From an uncultured Planctomycetaceae bacterium (GTDB lineage Bacteria > Planctomycetota > Planctomycetia > Planctomycetales > Planctomycetaceae), in the NCBI GenBank assembly GCA_964609845.1, contig CAZSTW010000010.1, positions 8,423 through 72,422 on the forward strand: a stretch of DNA of 64,000 bases. The letters run 5' to 3'. A program made the translations under genes and the position numbers. Positions 38,341 through 48,300 of this stretch are shown here, in pieces (the first letter of the stretch is position 1; every line of letters begins with the position of its first letter). The notes beneath the pieces were generated by a model. The model did not search any database, was not told the origin of the DNA, and saw only the letters and a list, made by a program, of their open reading frames with translations.

Positions 38341-39150
38341 TTCCAACGAGCGTTTACTTTCGGAGAGTTTGTCTCACAGAGACACGGAGAGTTATGGGAG
38401 CGAGATTATTGCTTTGATTTTCGAATCTCGCTTTCTCTGCGTCTCCGTGCCTCCGTGAGAACCCAGAAAGGCGACTCGAACGATTCGCATGAGCGAGTGA
38501 TTCGGGCGCTGTCGGCCCAACAGGCTGTGCCGGACTCTTTCCCGGTGATGACACCTATAGGCAATGTATACAAACTGAGGATGCCGTACTCAACGCAGTC
38601 TTGATTCCAACGAACGCTTACTTTCGAAGAGTTTGTCTCACAGAGACACGGAGACACGGAGAGTTATAGGTGCGAGGGTATTGCTTTGATTTTCGAACCT
38701 CACTTTCTCTGCGTCTCCGTGCCTCCGTGAGAACCCAGAAAGGCGACTCGGACGATTCGCATGAGCGCGTAATGCGCTGTCGGCCCAGCATCATCGGACG
38801 TTGGATTCGCCAAGCCGCCGCCAGCATCCCTGTCGCAAAACGATGGCCAGCAGTCGCGTAGGTCAGGCTGTGCCTGACTCTTTCCTAGTGATGACGATGA
38901 TGGGCAATGTATACAAACTGAGGATGCCGTACTCAACGAAGTCTTGATTCCGATGAGCGTTTACTTTCGAAGAGTGTGTCTCACAGAGACGCGGAGACAC
39001 GGAGACACGGAGAGTTATAGGAGCGAGATTATTGCTTTGAGTTTCGAAACTCACGTTCTTTTCGTCTCCGTGCCTCCGTGAGAACCCAGAAAGGCGACTC
39101 GGACGATTCGCATGAACGAGTGATTCGGGCGCTGTCGGCCCAGCAGCATC
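38316..39150. repeat. Tandem triplication (units ~264, ~343 and ~230 bp) of the convergent intergenic region, each unit beginning with the last 25 nt of the acyl-CoA dehydrogenase gene
   Basis: GATGCCGTACTCAACGAAGTCTTGA occurs at 38316, 38580 (1 mismatch) and 38923. Each unit holds a two-tier hairpin (TCTCACAGAGACACGGAGA // TCTCCGTGCCTCCGTGAGA, 17/19 paired, plus inner AGCGAGATT // AATCTCGCT). Confidence 0.9.
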
Positions 39151-39189
39151 GGACGTTGAATTCGCAAGTCACAGACTTAATCTCGGCTT

Positions 39190-42100
39190 CTAATTACCAC
39201 GCAATGTCGCGACTATCGGCAGCCGAACCGCTGTACGAACGGCAAAAGCCGCTGCCAGCATCCCTGTCGCAAAAACGATGGCCAGTAGAATCATCAAGGA
39301 ACCAATTGGAACATCGCCTCCGCGTCCGATCAGGTTCGGTGCAACTGCCAGCAATGCTGAAATCGCGCCGGCCAGCAGGCCCCATGTCAGGACAAACGCA
39401 TTTTCCAGAAGGACCAGTGTTCCCACGGTTCGGGCACGGTAGCCGATGGCTCGCAACAGAGCCAACTCGGTTTGGCGTTCCAGGACGTTACGTAGCATGA
39501 CCGTTGCCAGACCAAAAGTTCCGAGCAGCAAGCCCAAGCCTCCCAGAGTCTGAAAGGTCGATAGATACGTGTTTTGTACAGACAGGAACCGCGCCAGACG
39601 CTCGGCGACTGGTTCAGCATCGAAGCCGTATTCGGCGAGTTCCGTTTCCAGGAAAGTTGCTGTGGTATCCGCCAGTTCCGAAGGGACTTCGATCAGGAAA
39701 TACTGAAAGCCCTTTTGTTCGGGATAAATCCTGACGAAGTCTGCTTCGTTCATCACCAGAACACCCTGGAACACACTGTCCTGATACATCCCGGCGATCT
39801 TCAGTTCGTGCTGTGGATGTTCCTGATCGGGGATTGGAATCGATTGACCAGGAAACTTGTGCAGCGAGAACATCAGGGTATTCAAATCTCCGAGGACGGG
39901 GATGGCGTCTGTTTTTCGCGGTCCCGTCCCAATCTCTTTCCAGGTCCCTGTCGCAAAGGCGAACCGCCCTTCATCAATCAGCGACTGAGGTGCCCCCAGA
40001 ATCGTCGGAACGCGTGTCTGATACAGATTCAGGCAACTCGCATCTTCACCCGGTTTCACGCGAAACGGAACGACTCGCATCTCCTTCAGGACTCTGGCGG
40101 CAGGGGAATCCGGTTCGGCTTTCAGTTGCAGTTTGCTGCGTCCTTCAACCGTATTCAGGTCGTAAAGAATGGGACTGCTGGTCTCGGCGACGAGCGCGAA
40201 TCCGCCGTTCCCCGACTTTCTGTCGGGAAGCTCACTGGTCGGATTTCGGCGGAACGCCGCCACGGTCACGATCAGGAATGTGGCCGTCGCGATCATCCCT
40301 GCGGTCATCACACTGCGTACTCGTTGCCGCGAAGCGTTGCGCAGACCGAGTCGACTGATAGCCATGGTTCCCGTTCCGCGCACCATGGAAATCGTTCCGG
40401 TCGCTTCATTCCCGGTCTGAACACCCACCTCCAGCCAGCCCGAAAGGAATGACAGGGACGCGACGAGTGACAGAATTCCCACGCCAAAAAACGCTGCTGC
40501 AGCGGGGAGCAGATTCAAGACTGCACCGATCGTCAGCAGCAGGGCCGCCGCAGTACAATAGCCGGCGCGCCGTCGAGCAATCTTTGCACGAGCGCGATGT
40601 GCCTGAAGATCAATTTCACGCTCTGTGATCCCCGACAATTGTTCACGCAGACTGAGCCCCCCCAATTGCCTCAGTCCCCACCAGATGGAAATCAGCGATG
40701 CCACAACGGAACCCGCAAACCCGGCCGGAAGACTGACCACTCCGATGTGCAGGATCAGGTTCCGAGTTCCGATGGCACCGACCCACCAGTGCGTCAGCCC
40801 GTAAATCATCAACCTGGCATATCCGACCGATGCCAACAGTCCGATCACTCCCCCTGCAATAACGACAGCCAACCCTTCCTGCATCATCTGCCATCGGACC
40901 TGCTGCGGAGAAAATCCAATCGCTCCAAGCAGGCCCAGGTCTCGCACCCGCTGTTCCACTCCCAGTCGGAACAACAGTCCGATCAGGATCATTGCGGCAA
41001 CAATCAAAAACAGGCTGAAGCCGATAAACAGCCCCGAGAAGTCGGTCGAGCCGTTCGCCGCCAGCAGTCCAATCGCTTTAACCGGTTGAAACGCCAGTCC
41101 GAGTTGGACCGGATCAATCTGTCCAAGAATCGCCGCAGAAAAATCCTCAGAGCGGATCGGTTCCTTGCGTGTTGCCTGAGATGCGAATCTGACGGTCGTC
41201 AACGTGCCGTAACGGCTGGGCCAGAGGCCTCGCGCTGTCGAGAGTGGCAGAAACAGTTTGGGAGTCGCGCGGTACTGATCCCAATAGTCGTCGTCGCGCG
41301 GTGTGACGGCCCCCAGTTCCATATCAAACGGTTTATCCCAATCCGCGAGGGAATCGACATCCGTGATCCCCTTGACCTCAGGAGTCAACCGGCGATCGAT
41401 AGCCGCCCCTGACATCTTCACGATTCCACGGACGAAGAATGAACGTTCTTCTTCCGGCAATTCTCCGCGTGAACCGACCAGGTGATAGGCGATCCGGATC
41501 TCATCTCCGACCTTGACTTTCAGATCGTCGGCCAGCCACTCGTTAATCACGACGTCATTTTCACCGAGTTCCTTTGGCTTCTCACCGAGAAACTCGAATC
41601 GACCGAACGGAGAAGAATCCAGTTCCAGCAGATCCAGGCCAGCGACGGTCGAATACATCGAGTATCCAGCGGCAGACTTGTGGCGGTCCTTCAACGATTG
41701 CAACGCGTCACGATCTTTGGCGACAGCTCGCTTCAGCAGATCACCGACATCCAGCTTCGGATTCCAGATCTGATTGGCGAGATACACCATGACGGGTGAT
41801 GTCGACAGCCTGGCTTCTGTCGCAGCCCGTCGTGCGGCCTCAGCCAGCTTGTCTTCCAGGATCATCTGTTCGGATTCAATCTGCTCACAATTCAAGGCGT
41901 CGTTATGGACAAGTCGCAGGTTGAGGTCTGCCAGTTGAACTTTTTTACGCAGTTCAACATCAAATGAACTTGCCAAGGCTGTTGCCGATTTGAGATTCTC
42001 GACATGGGGACTTCCGACAAACAGAGAGTTTATCCGAGCAGGCTTGCGAGTCGGATTGCGACGCGTCGCGCGAACCTCTTCCAAACCCAATCGTTCCTGC

Positions 42101-42735
42101 AGCACATGCAGATCCATGAAGACATTGAGTGGCAGCGACTGTGTCGGATTCAATCCAAACCGTGACAGGCCATTCTCTGCCGGCGCGATGCCACTGACGG
42201 TCAACACGATTTCCTGCGAGTCATTATCCTTGTTTCCAAGCAGAGTATCTCGAGGAACCGCGCTGGGAATTTCGATCCAGAGCGTGACCTGATCGCCCAC
42301 TTTCGCATGCAGGGCTTCGGCAACCTGTGTATTGAGCACCACGCCGGTGCCTGCCGGTTGCTGTACATTGCCAACATCGATCAGCGACCAGACTCCGTGG
42401 TCGATCCCATAGACAGAGACCTGTCCCGCACGACGTGACGTTCCACCCGACTTTGCCTGCATCGCCCCACGCATGATGATTGCAGGAGCGACGGAGCGAT
42501 CTTTGAGTTGCACTTCACCAGCGAGTTCTTCACGGAAGAATCGAGGCCCGCTGAGCACAAACTCGACCTGCCCGAGACGATCGAAAGTCATTTTCCGCAA
42601 GCTGGCCCGAACAGATTCACCGACGATCAGCGCACCGCCGATGACGGCAGTCCCGACAACAACCCCCAGCATCACGGCGAGGTTTGTTCGCCAGTAATGG
42701 ATCAAACTGTTTATCATCAACTGCTGACGAGTCAT
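39190..42735 (-). CDS. ABC transporter permease with two FtsX/MacB-type domains (1181 aa)
   Basis: The N-terminal TM plus large periplasmic domain plus 3-4 TM architecture occurs twice. Typical FtsX C-terminal blocks are present (ELALLRAIGYRARTV..., LLGAIGFSPQQV...). Confidence 0.85.
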   Translation of the reverse strand: MTRQQLMINSLIHYWRTNLAVMLGVVVGTAVIGGALIVGESVRASLRKMTFDRLGQVEFVLSGPRFFREELAGEVQLKDRSVAPAIIMRGAMQAKSGGTSRRAGQVSVYGIDHGVWSLIDVGNVQQPAGTGVVLNTQVAEALHAKVGDQVTLWIEIPSAVPRDTLLGNKDNDSQEIVLTVSGIAPAENGLSRFGLNPTQSLPLNVFMDLHVLQERLGLEEVRATRRNPTRKPARINSLFVGSPHVENLKSATALASSFDVELRKKVQLADLNLRLVHNDALNCEQIESEQMILEDKLAEAARRAATEARLSTSPVMVYLANQIWNPKLDVGDLLKRAVAKDRDALQSLKDRHKSAAGYSMYSTVAGLDLLELDSSPFGRFEFLGEKPKELGENDVVINEWLADDLKVKVGDEIRIAYHLVGSRGELPEEERSFFVRGIVKMSGAAIDRRLTPEVKGITDVDSLADWDKPFDMELGAVTPRDDDYWDQYRATPKLFLPLSTARGLWPSRYGTLTTVRFASQATRKEPIRSEDFSAAILGQIDPVQLGLAFQPVKAIGLLAANGSTDFSGLFIGFSLFLIVAAMILIGLLFRLGVEQRVRDLGLLGAIGFSPQQVRWQMMQEGLAVVIAGGVIGLLASVGYARLMIYGLTHWWVGAIGTRNLILHIGVVSLPAGFAGSVVASLISIWWGLRQLGGLSLREQLSGITEREIDLQAHRARAKIARRRAGYCTAAALLLTIGAVLNLLPAAAAFFGVGILSLVASLSFLSGWLEVGVQTGNEATGTISMVRGTGTMAISRLGLRNASRQRVRSVMTAGMIATATFLIVTVAAFRRNPTSELPDRKSGNGGFALVAETSSPILYDLNTVEGRSKLQLKAEPDSPAARVLKEMRVVPFRVKPGEDASCLNLYQTRVPTILGAPQSLIDEGRFAFATGTWKEIGTGPRKTDAIPVLGDLNTLMFSLHKFPGQSIPIPDQEHPQHELKIAGMYQDSVFQGVLVMNEADFVRIYPEQKGFQYFLIEVPSELADTTATFLETELAEYGFDAEPVAERLARFLSVQNTYLSTFQTLGGLGLLLGTFGLATVMLRNVLERQTELALLRAIGYRARTVGTLVLLENAFVLTWGLLAGAISALLAVAPNLIGRGGDVPIGSLMILLAIVFATGMLAAAFAVRTAVRLPIVATLRGN

Positions 42736-43104
42736 GCCATCGCCTTGAAGTTCCCGGCCATCGATTCGAACACGTCTTTAACCTTACTCCGAAACTCCAC
42801 GATAATCAGCGCCAGGTGACAAGACCACTGTTGCCAGCACTGTCTTCGGGGGACCGTTGTCGTAGCCGATTTGTGGACGCACGTTCTGGGAATCGTCGAA
42901 GTCTGAGGTGCCTGTTCGAGTTTCGAGTTGACAACCGGTAACGCGAAAACCGGCGGGGTGCTCGGTGATTGACTGTCCAGATTCGGTGATTTGCTGATTT
43001 TCTGAAGAATTGCCGGTTTTTGAGTGATATCCGTGAGACAATCTCGCCTTGGCAAGTGAGTGAAAATTCCAATATTCACCCAATCTGTCCTTCGGAGCTT
43101 TCAA

Positions 43105-44214
43105 ATGTCCATGACAACAACCGCCGGTGTGAAAAATCAGGGGCCCTGGTGGCATCGATTTTCGATTCGGTTCTGCACGATTCTGCTGTTCATCCTTGTC
43201 TATCAGACGATCGGATTTCTGACCGACGACATCTGGCGGGTGGCCGGACCTGATTATCAGGCGTTGGAAGCGCAATCGGCCGCTGCTCCGGTACAGGCCA
43301 AGGTCGATTCCATCAATGCCGAGATCGGAAAGTTGCAACGACTGTCACGAGACAAGCGAGTCAACCAGACCGAATTGCGGGAAATCACAACGACCTCGCA
43401 GCAGACATGGAATCAGTTACAGGAATTTCGCAAGCTGGCAATTGCCAAGCAGAAGGAACTGTCGCCATCAGAACAGCAGGCGCTGGATGACGCACAGATC
43501 CTGTTCCTGAAAAACCAGCAGGCGGGCCTGGAACTCCAATCGGAACTCGCTGAACTGACACGTAAGGAAGCGAGTCTGCGCGATGCTCTGGAAGACACCC
43601 AGACAGAGTTACGACAGCACCAATCCAAGGTTCAAGCCGAGTACGCACAGCTGATGAATCGCCATCAGTTCTTCCTGGGTTGCATGCAGTTGCTGGTGCT
43701 GATTCCCTTGATCATCGCGAGCGGGTACGGTTTTTACAGATCACGTCAAAGTCGCTGGCTTCCGTTCGTTCAGGCGTTCGGTGGAGCCGTCATCCTGAAG
43801 GTGATTGTTCTGCTGCATTCGTACTTCCCGCTCGACATGCTGATTTATCCGCTTGTCGCGACTGGGTTAATCGTCGTGGGGGTACTTCTGTGGGGGCTGA
43901 TTCGGTTGGTATCGCAGCCGAATCGTCAATGGCTGCTTCGACAATACCGGGACGCTTATCAATCGTTTCTGTGCCCGATTTGCGATTACCCGATTCGTCG
44001 CGGGCCATTGAAATTCCTGTTCTGGAATCGCAAATCTCTCAAGCGGCTGCAGATTCCGCAGCAGATCAGTGGCGCCGCTGATGAGAAGTACACTTGTCCC
44101 TGCTGCGCAACATCACTCTTTGAAGAGTGCCCGTCGTGCCATCACATCCGGCATGCCTTGCTGCCCGCCTGTGAATGCTGCGGGACTCTTAAGGAACTCG
44201 GTCCAGTGCAATGA
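43105..44214 (+). CDS. Membrane coiled-coil protein with C-terminal multi-CxxC zinc-ribbon region; hypothetical
   Basis: A TM helix, then a ~150-aa heptad-like Q/E/L-rich segment, three TM helices, then CPICDYP...CPCC...CPSC...CECC. Confidence 0.6.
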   Translation: MSMTTTAGVKNQGPWWHRFSIRFCTILLFILVYQTIGFLTDDIWRVAGPDYQALEAQSAAAPVQAKVDSINAEIGKLQRLSRDKRVNQTELREITTTSQQTWNQLQEFRKLAIAKQKELSPSEQQALDDAQILFLKNQQAGLELQSELAELTRKEASLRDALEDTQTELRQHQSKVQAEYAQLMNRHQFFLGCMQLLVLIPLIIASGYGFYRSRQSRWLPFVQAFGGAVILKVIVLLHSYFPLDMLIYPLVATGLIVVGVLLWGLIRLVSQPNRQWLLRQYRDAYQSFLCPICDYPIRRGPLKFLFWNRKSLKRLQIPQQISGAADEKYTCPCCATSLFEECPSCHHIRHALLPACECCGTLKELGPVQ

Positions 44215-44252
44215 TCTGCTGCCGTCTGAACACCCCGCAGACGAGGTCTGGT

Positions 44253-45148
44253 CTATTTCGGTGGAAAACGCTTGATCATCGTGATTTCGTTTCCCTGCGG
44301 ATTATGGCTGACTTCATCCATGAAGCTGCGAATCAGCAACAGTCCACGTCCTCCCATGCGATCCATATTGATCTTTTCGTGGGATCACGAACTTCAGACG
44401 GCTTATAGCCGGGGCCGTCATCGCCTATGACAAAACGGACTTCTGTCGGTGAAAGATGGGCCGTCAGTCGGACTCGACGCTGAGCATAGCGTTCCTCGTA
44501 ACGTCGTTGCTTTGCCAGGCTGTAGAAGACGGATTCCTCTTCCTGCCGAAGTTCGGAATCGAGTTCAAGGTTTCCGTGGTAGATTGCGTTTGTGAGCGAC
44601 TCGTGAATCGCCATTCCAATTCGCGTGATTTGCAAATCGTCGGAATGTCGCATGGTTTCAAGCTGCTCTTGCAGGTAGGCAATCAATGGAGAAATCAAAG
44701 CCGTGTCGTTTTCCAGTACGAACCGCGATTCGACCATATCGAGAGTACTGAGGACACGTCGACGATGCTGTTGTCCGCGCGACACAGACAAAACGCTTTT
44801 GATCGTTTCGATCAGGTTGCTGGCGAGAGCACGTTTGGGAACATAGCTGGCAGCTCCCATTTTCAGGGCCCCAACGGCGACCTCTTCGTTTCCAAAACTC
44901 GTCATCAGAACAACAGGGACGCCATAGCCGCGGGACTTGATCGATTCGACCAGTTCCAGTCCATTCATTTCGGGCATCTGCAAATCTGTGATGATGACAT
45001 CGGGCATGTCTGCGGCAGCGACATCCAGGGCGTGCTTCCCGTTTTCAGCATAGGTTACAGCCGCATCCGCAAGACTTCGTTCCAGAAGCCCCCCGACCAG
45101 ACGCCGCTCGACAGGCGAATCATCGACGACGAGGATGCGGGTTTTCAT
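44253..45148 (-). pseudogene. Response-regulator receiver domain fused to an RsbW/SpoIIAB-like HATPase domain, interrupted by a -1 frameshift in a homopolymer (T4 on the plus strand, 44374-44377)
   Basis: MKTRILVVDDSPVERRL...DVIITDLQMPEMNGLEL (REC). After ...DDGPGYKPSEVRDPT the listed frame ends in ...KRSIWIAWEDVDCC*, whereas the adjacent frame reads KINMDRMGGRGLLLIRSFMDEVSHNPQGNEITMIKRFPPK* (the G-box and C-terminus of the kinase-like fold). Length 896 nt, which is 3n-1. Confidence 0.75.
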
Positions 45149-45344
45149 CGGAAAGTTCCCCTTCACGAAAAATCGAAGCCGGTCATGACGAAACTCGAAG
45201 CCAAAAACAGTCGCACGGCGAGTCAATCCTGCAACGTCGAACCAGTTTTGGCAAACGATCTCACACACGTTCGCATAACGGCCTGCTTGTGCGTTGAGCC
45301 CCACCCGCAGACTGCAGGCCATTGATAAGCGACGGCACGAAGTC

Positions 45345-48300
45345 TCAGCTCTGAATTTTTCTTTCAAGTGCTGCCGTGAATTGTTGAACGGCTTGCTGCA
45401 ATTCCTTGTAGGTCGCCTCAGCCTCGTGAAGCTGGTTTGTGCGGCCCATCAGTTCCAATCGTTCCGTGACCGAGACGGCGGTTTCAGCTTCGAAAGTGGA
45501 GAGTGATCCTCGCAGTGTATGTGCCACCTGTTTAAGTTCAATCGCGTTCTGGTGATCGATAGCGTCCCGGATCTGGTCCATCCAGTGCGAATACTCACCC
45601 AGAAAAATTCCGGCGACTTCCTTCAGAAGACTCTCGTCTCCACCTGTCCGAACAAGAGCCGCACCCCAGTTGAGTACCGCATTGCTGACAGGCTCGTCAT
45701 TGTTGGCGTGGACGGGGGCCTCGTCCGAGGCGATTGGGGTCATGACAAATCGCCGGATGGCATCATTCAGTTCTCTAATGCGGAACGGTTTGGAAACATA
45801 ACCATCCATCCCCGCTTGCAGGCAGCGTTCCCGATCTCCCTTCATGGCTGCGGCTGTCATCGCGATTATGGGAATGTGTCTCGTTGTCTGACGTTCTCGC
45901 CGACGAATTTCTGCCGTGGCTTCCAGGCCGTCCATCTCTGGCATTTGCATATCCATCAACACGACATCGAAGTCCTGCTGATCCAGGGCCGCCAAAGCTT
46001 CAAGCCCATTGTTGGCGACCTTTAATGAGTGCCCCTGCTTTTCAAGCATGGAAACCGCCACTCGCTGGTTCACCGGATTGTCCTCGACCAACAGGATCTG
46101 CAGGGGGCGACAGGTATTTGCAAGGGGTTCAGCGATTGGTACTGCAGACGCTTCGCTGCTGGAACCGAGAGCCGCCAATATCGCACGATAGAGTTCGGCG
46201 CGTCGCACAGGTTTGTGGAGATATGCCGCAAATCCCAGGTCACGGCAACGGGTCGCATCTCCACTGCGGCCACCAGATGTCAGCATCATCAGCGTGGAAG
46301 TGACGCGATCAGGGTGTGATTGAAGCCACTCGCCAACCATGAAACCGTCCATTTCAGGCATATGGGCATCGAGGATGACGAGAGCAAATGGTTCACCCTG
46401 GTTCCAGTTCAATTCAATCGCTCGCATGGCTTCGGCGCCGCTGTCGACGAGCGTCGGCCTCATCTGCATCTGTTCGAGTAACTCCTGCAAGATGCGGCGA
46501 TTTGTGGCATTGTCGTCGACGACCAGAACCGGCAGACCTTGCACGCTCGCTGGTGCAATCACACAGTCACTTTTCGTTTCGACATGAGAGACGGCAAATC
46601 GCGACGTGAAATGAAAGGTACTCCCTTCCCCAAGGTTGCTTTCCACCCAGATCGTTCCGCCCATCAATTCCACGAGTCGGGAAGTGATGGTCAAGCCGAG
46701 TCCTGTGCCGCCATACTTGCGAGTCGTTGATGTATCGGCCTGCGCAAATGCCTCGAAAATCGATTGCTGCTTGTCCTTCGAGATTCCCAATCCAGTATCT
46801 TTGACACGAAAATGCAGGATCACATCCGTATCCGTCGCAGACTGAAGTTCGACGTCGACGACGACTTCGCCCTTGTCAGTAAACTTAATTGCGTTACCAA
46901 TCAAATTGATCAGGACCTGGCGCAGTCGTACCGAATCGCCAACGACGATCTCAGGAACGGCAGCGTCGATTCTCATCGCTAATTCAAGTCCTTTTTCCGA
47001 TGCTCGCAGAGACAGTGTGCTTACCGCCTCACCAATCGACTCTTGAATATTGAAGTCGATAGCTTCCAGATCAAATTTTCCTGCCTCGATCTTTGAGAAG
47101 TCCAGAATGTCATTGATGATCCGTAGCAGAGAACTGGCCGACGAATTCACGGCATCCAGATATTCGCGCTGTTCAGGAGTCAGCGAGGTGTTGAGGGCTA
47201 ATTCTGTCATGCCGATGATTCCGTTCATCGGGGTGCGGATTTCGTGACTCATGTTCGCCAGGAATTCACTCTTGGCTCGAGCCGCCTGTTCGGCACTCTC
47301 ACGAGCGGCCAGAAGATGCTGTTCTGTTTGCTTTCGCTGTGTGATGTCTTCAGCCACACCCAGAAATCCAGAGATTTCTCCTTCGGCGTTCGTTACCGTC
47401 GTGACGACAAGACTGACGGTAAAATGGCTGCCATCTTTTCGCACGTAAGTCCACTCGCGGCGATCAAAACGGTTCAGCCTGGCGTAGGCAACGAAAACTT
47501 CGAATCCCTCAACGCGGTATCCCAGTTCTTTTGACATTTCTGTGCCACGTGCCACAACTTCTTGTTCGACGTGCAGGATTCTGGGTGTCTGCTTTCCGAC
47601 AATCTCCTCGGCTGAGTAACCCAGCAGATTCTGTGCTCCAGAATTAAAAACCTGAATCAGTCCATTGATGTCTGTTGAGATAATCGAGACCTGCGTTGCG
47701 GCGTCGAGTACCCCGGCTAATTGAGCATTTACTGCTTCGAGAGCCTGCTCGGCTCGTTTGCGATCAGTGATATCACGTACAAAACCCGTGAAAATTCGGC
47801 GATTGTTGAGCTTGATTTCGCTGACCGTCAATTCCGCCTGAAATGTTGTTCCGTCACGGCGAAGGCCGGGAACCTCGCGACCGCCGCCGATCACGTGTCT
47901 CTCACCTGTGACGAGGTATCGTTGCAGGTATCCCGCGTGTTCGCTTCGATACGGGTCAGGCATCAGTCTATTGACGTTTGTTCCGATCAGTTCAGCGACG
48001 GGATATCCAAACAAGGTTTCTGCGGCAGGATTGGCGGACTCGATGACGCCCTGCTCGTTAATTGTGACAACCGCATCGACCGCCCCCTCCAGAATGGCAC
48101 GGATCCGCTGTTCACTGTTCTGAAGCGAAAGACATTCCGTTCTCAGTCGTGCCGCCAGTATTCCGAAGCTTCGAGTCACCTGCCCCAGCTCATCACGCGT
48201 ATCGACATGGATCTTCACATCATCCGAGTCTCCTGCAACCAGTCGTTGCGTGGCCTCATCCAGTTGGGAAACGGTCTGCATCACCGCCAGATAAAAGCCG

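Noticed and set aside
38316-39180. Could the regularly repeated intergenic block be a CRISPR array?
   Set aside because: The units are 230-343 bp long and are homologous along their whole length, so there is no alternation of short repeats with unique spacers. No cas genes are nearby. It is a segmental tandem amplification.
42732-43079. 115-codon ORF overlapping the FtsX permease start by ATGA, as a possible missing ABC partner
   Set aside because: It has no Walker A/B or ABC signature. Its composition (Q/P/S/T/C/W-rich) is not protein-like. I keep it only as a note within the orphan-permease finding.
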